From contig JAEWYI010000026.1 in the NCBI GenBank assembly GCA_023395735.1, forward strand, positions 1,403 to 65,402: a DNA stretch of 64,000 bases. Reading direction: 5' to 3'. Positions 62,400 to 64,000 of the stretch are shown here, one piece after another. The notes under the pieces are model-generated. The model did not search any database. It worked only from the letters and a program-made list of their open reading frames with translations, and was not told the origin of the DNA. The position numbers and the translations under genes are program-made. The stretch's first letter is position 1. Every line of letters starts with the position of its first letter. The DNA comes from Cyanobacteria bacterium OH_SFB_17. GTDB taxonomy: Bacteria; Cyanobacteriota; Vampirovibrionia; Gastranaerophilales; Gastranaerophilaceae.

Positions 62400-64000
62400 T
62401 TATAATTTGTTTTCCATTCTTCGTATTTTGAATTTAATTCTAGCCGATTCTTTTGCATTTGGTTCAAGACTTACGTAGGCTTTATATTGTTTTAGTGCTT
62501 TTTCAGTGTTTTTGTTTGATTCATAAAGCTGTGCTAATTTAAGATGAGCCTTGGCGTTATTGAGGTTGATGGACAAAGAAAGCGAAAAATATTCGATTGC
62601 AGCTGATTTTTTACCAGATTTTAGGAATTTTTCTCCAGAATCATAGTAATTTTGTGCGATTTCCATTGATTTGTTAATATAATCCATTGCGTTCAAGGCT
62701 TGTACGTTAGACGGTTCGTTTTGCAAAACTTTAGAAAGCGCAATCTTTGCGTTATCAAACTGACGGTGATAGATAAATATTTCTGCCAAATTTAAATTTT
62801 CAGCTTTGGTTTTTGCTAATTCTATAGCTTTATTAAATTCAACATTTGCGTTTTTGTAATCATCCTCGCTCAAGTATGCTTCGCCTTTTAAAATTGTAGT
62901 TATAAGTGAAGTATCTTTAGAGTTTAGAATTTTGTTAAGAGTAACTTTTGATTTGTCAGGTTGGTTTGTCAATTTTTCAAGTCTGAGTTTTGCAAGGTGA
63001 AGTTCTAAATCTTCAGGGTTGGCATCGATTGCTTTGTTTATGTTTTCAAGCGCTGTAAAGAGATTTTGGTTATATCCCAGAACAGCTTTCCCTGCATCTA
63101 TTTGCGCAAGCCCGTAGTAGGAGCCAGCAAGACCTTTAAGTGCCCTGTTTTTATATCGTGGGATGTTCACTAAATCTTCGTATGAAACTGTAGCTTGTTT
63201 GTATTTTCCATAAGAAAGCTGAGCGTCTGCAAGTTTCATTTTTGCTTCGGCAGAATCAGGTGCGATGGCAATTGCTGTATTTAAGCTATCGATTGCAAGC
63301 TCACCATCGCCTCTTTTGTTGTACAAATCTGCTAAATCCATATATGAAAGAATAAATTCTGGTTTTGTTGAAATTGATTTTTTAAATGCGACAATAGAAG
63401 CTGCGGTATTTCCTTGTGCGGCATAGGCTTTTCCCATAAGATTGTATATTGCAGGTGAATTTGGGGTTATTGAAAGCGCATTGTTAAGGTAAAAAAGAGC
63501 TTGCGCGTAATTTTTTTTGTAGATTTCAATTTGTGCAAGGTGATACATTGCAGTCGTGTTTTGAGTGTTCAAAGTTAATGCTTGCTTAAACTTGCTTTCG
63601 GCTTCTGAATATTTTTTTTCTCTCAAATATATTGTGCCCAGATTATCGACAGCACTTGAGTATTTTGTATCTTGTAATATTGCATTTTGAAAATAATTTT
63701 TCGCTTCATTAATCTTTCCAAGTTGAATAGAAACTACTCCTGCTGCGTTGTAGGCTTTTGCATTTTTTTTATCAAGACTTATTGCTTTTTCAAATTCTAA
63801 AAGCGAATCAGCAAATAATTTATCAGAAATTCCTCTGTATGCCATATTTGAAGAGGCTGTTCTTTGATAATAAATTATACCTTGAGCGTAGTGAAGGTCT
63901 GAATTTTTAGGGTTTTGTTTCAATAAGGTTTCTACATCTTTTTGTGCTGAATCAAGTTTGAATTGTCTTGCGTTTGAGATGATTTTGTATGTTTTTGCTT
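62400..64000 (-). CDS. tetratricopeptide (TPR) repeat protein, N-terminus outside the window
   Basis: There are many 34-aa TPR units (e.g. AKAYNAAGVVSIQLGKINEAKNYFQNAILQD). The reading frame stays open upstream of the TTG at 63923 through to base 64000. Confidence 0.8.
   Translation of the reverse strand, partial: AKTYKIISNARQFKLDSAQKDVETLLKQNPKNSDLHYAQGIIYYQRTASSNMAYRGISDKLFADSLLEFEKAISLDKKNAKAYNAAGVVSIQLGKINEAKNYFQNAILQDTKYSSAVDNLGTIYLREKKYSEAESKFKQALTLNTQNTTAMYHLAQIEIYKKNYAQALFYLNNALSITPNSPAIYNLMGKAYAAQGNTAASIVAFKKSISTKPEFILSYMDLADLYNKRGDGELAIDSLNTAIAIAPDSAEAKMKLADAQLSYGKYKQATVSYEDLVNIPRYKNRALKGLAGSYYGLAQIDAGKAVLGYNQNLFTALENINKAIDANPEDLELHLAKLRLEKLTNQPDKSKVTLNKILNSKDTSLITTILKGEAYLSEDDYKNANVEFNKAIELAKTKAENLNLAEIFIYHRQFDNAKIALSKVLQNEPSNVQALNAMDYINKSMEIAQNYYDSGEKFLKSGKKSAAIEYFSLSLSINLNNAKAHLKLAQLYESNKNTEKALKQYKAYVSLEPNAKESARIKFKIRRMENKL

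Overview
This is an AT-rich bacterial chromosomal window with tightly packed genes, strong GGAGG-type ribosome-binding sites and GC-rich hairpin terminators. I found no rRNA, tRNA or CRISPR array by eye.

Most of the window is housekeeping:
- rsmI and tpiA
- the yceD-rpmF-plsX-fabH-fabD-fabG-acpP-fabF lipid cluster
- rpmI-rplT, mnmE and a MATE exporter
- speE, a HIT protein and proS
- cheW plus a methyl-accepting chemotaxis protein
- ribD, dnaE, panD and a gltA-type NADPH glutamate synthase
- HU, a GT28-like/GT2 glycosyltransferase pair, apt, gatA and a DegT-type aminotransferase

A triple-SLH envelope protein, two orphan prepilin-type proteins and the chemotaxis genes suggest an SLH-bearing diderm. 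That could be a Melainabacteria-like or Negativicutes-like organism, but this is inference only.

The outstanding feature is a roughly 12.5 kb block at about 22.7-35.2 kb, wedged between the SLH gene and speE. It encodes a nearly complete podovirus (T7-like) head, tail-tube, packaging and lysis set:
- a lone LuxR/GerE regulator and a T7-lysozyme-type amidase
- a nozzle/tail tubular B-like protein
- major capsid, a holin-like protein and scaffold
- a tail tubular A/adaptor-like protein
- TerS, portal and TerL

I can recognise no integrase, repressor, replication genes, RNA polymerase, tail fibre or att repeats. Its composition, ribosome-binding sites and terminator hairpins look like the host's. 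I read it as a candidate domesticated phage or gene-transfer-agent-like particle system, with a decaying prophage as the alternative. It also carries a small opposite-strand membrane gene and a GNAT gene.

Secondary oddities:
- several lineage-specific small or membrane proteins share an N-terminal M-x-I-N ... F-K-[GSA] motif
- one protein has flagellin-like architecture (conserved helical ends, Thr/Ser-rich centre)
- the SLH protein has an extremely Cys-rich N-terminus and TGAAAP repeats
- one well-supported 53-aa ORF is missing from the ORF track
- two long non-coding gaps contain orphan terminators

All functional calls rest on motif recognition from the supplied translations. No searches were run.
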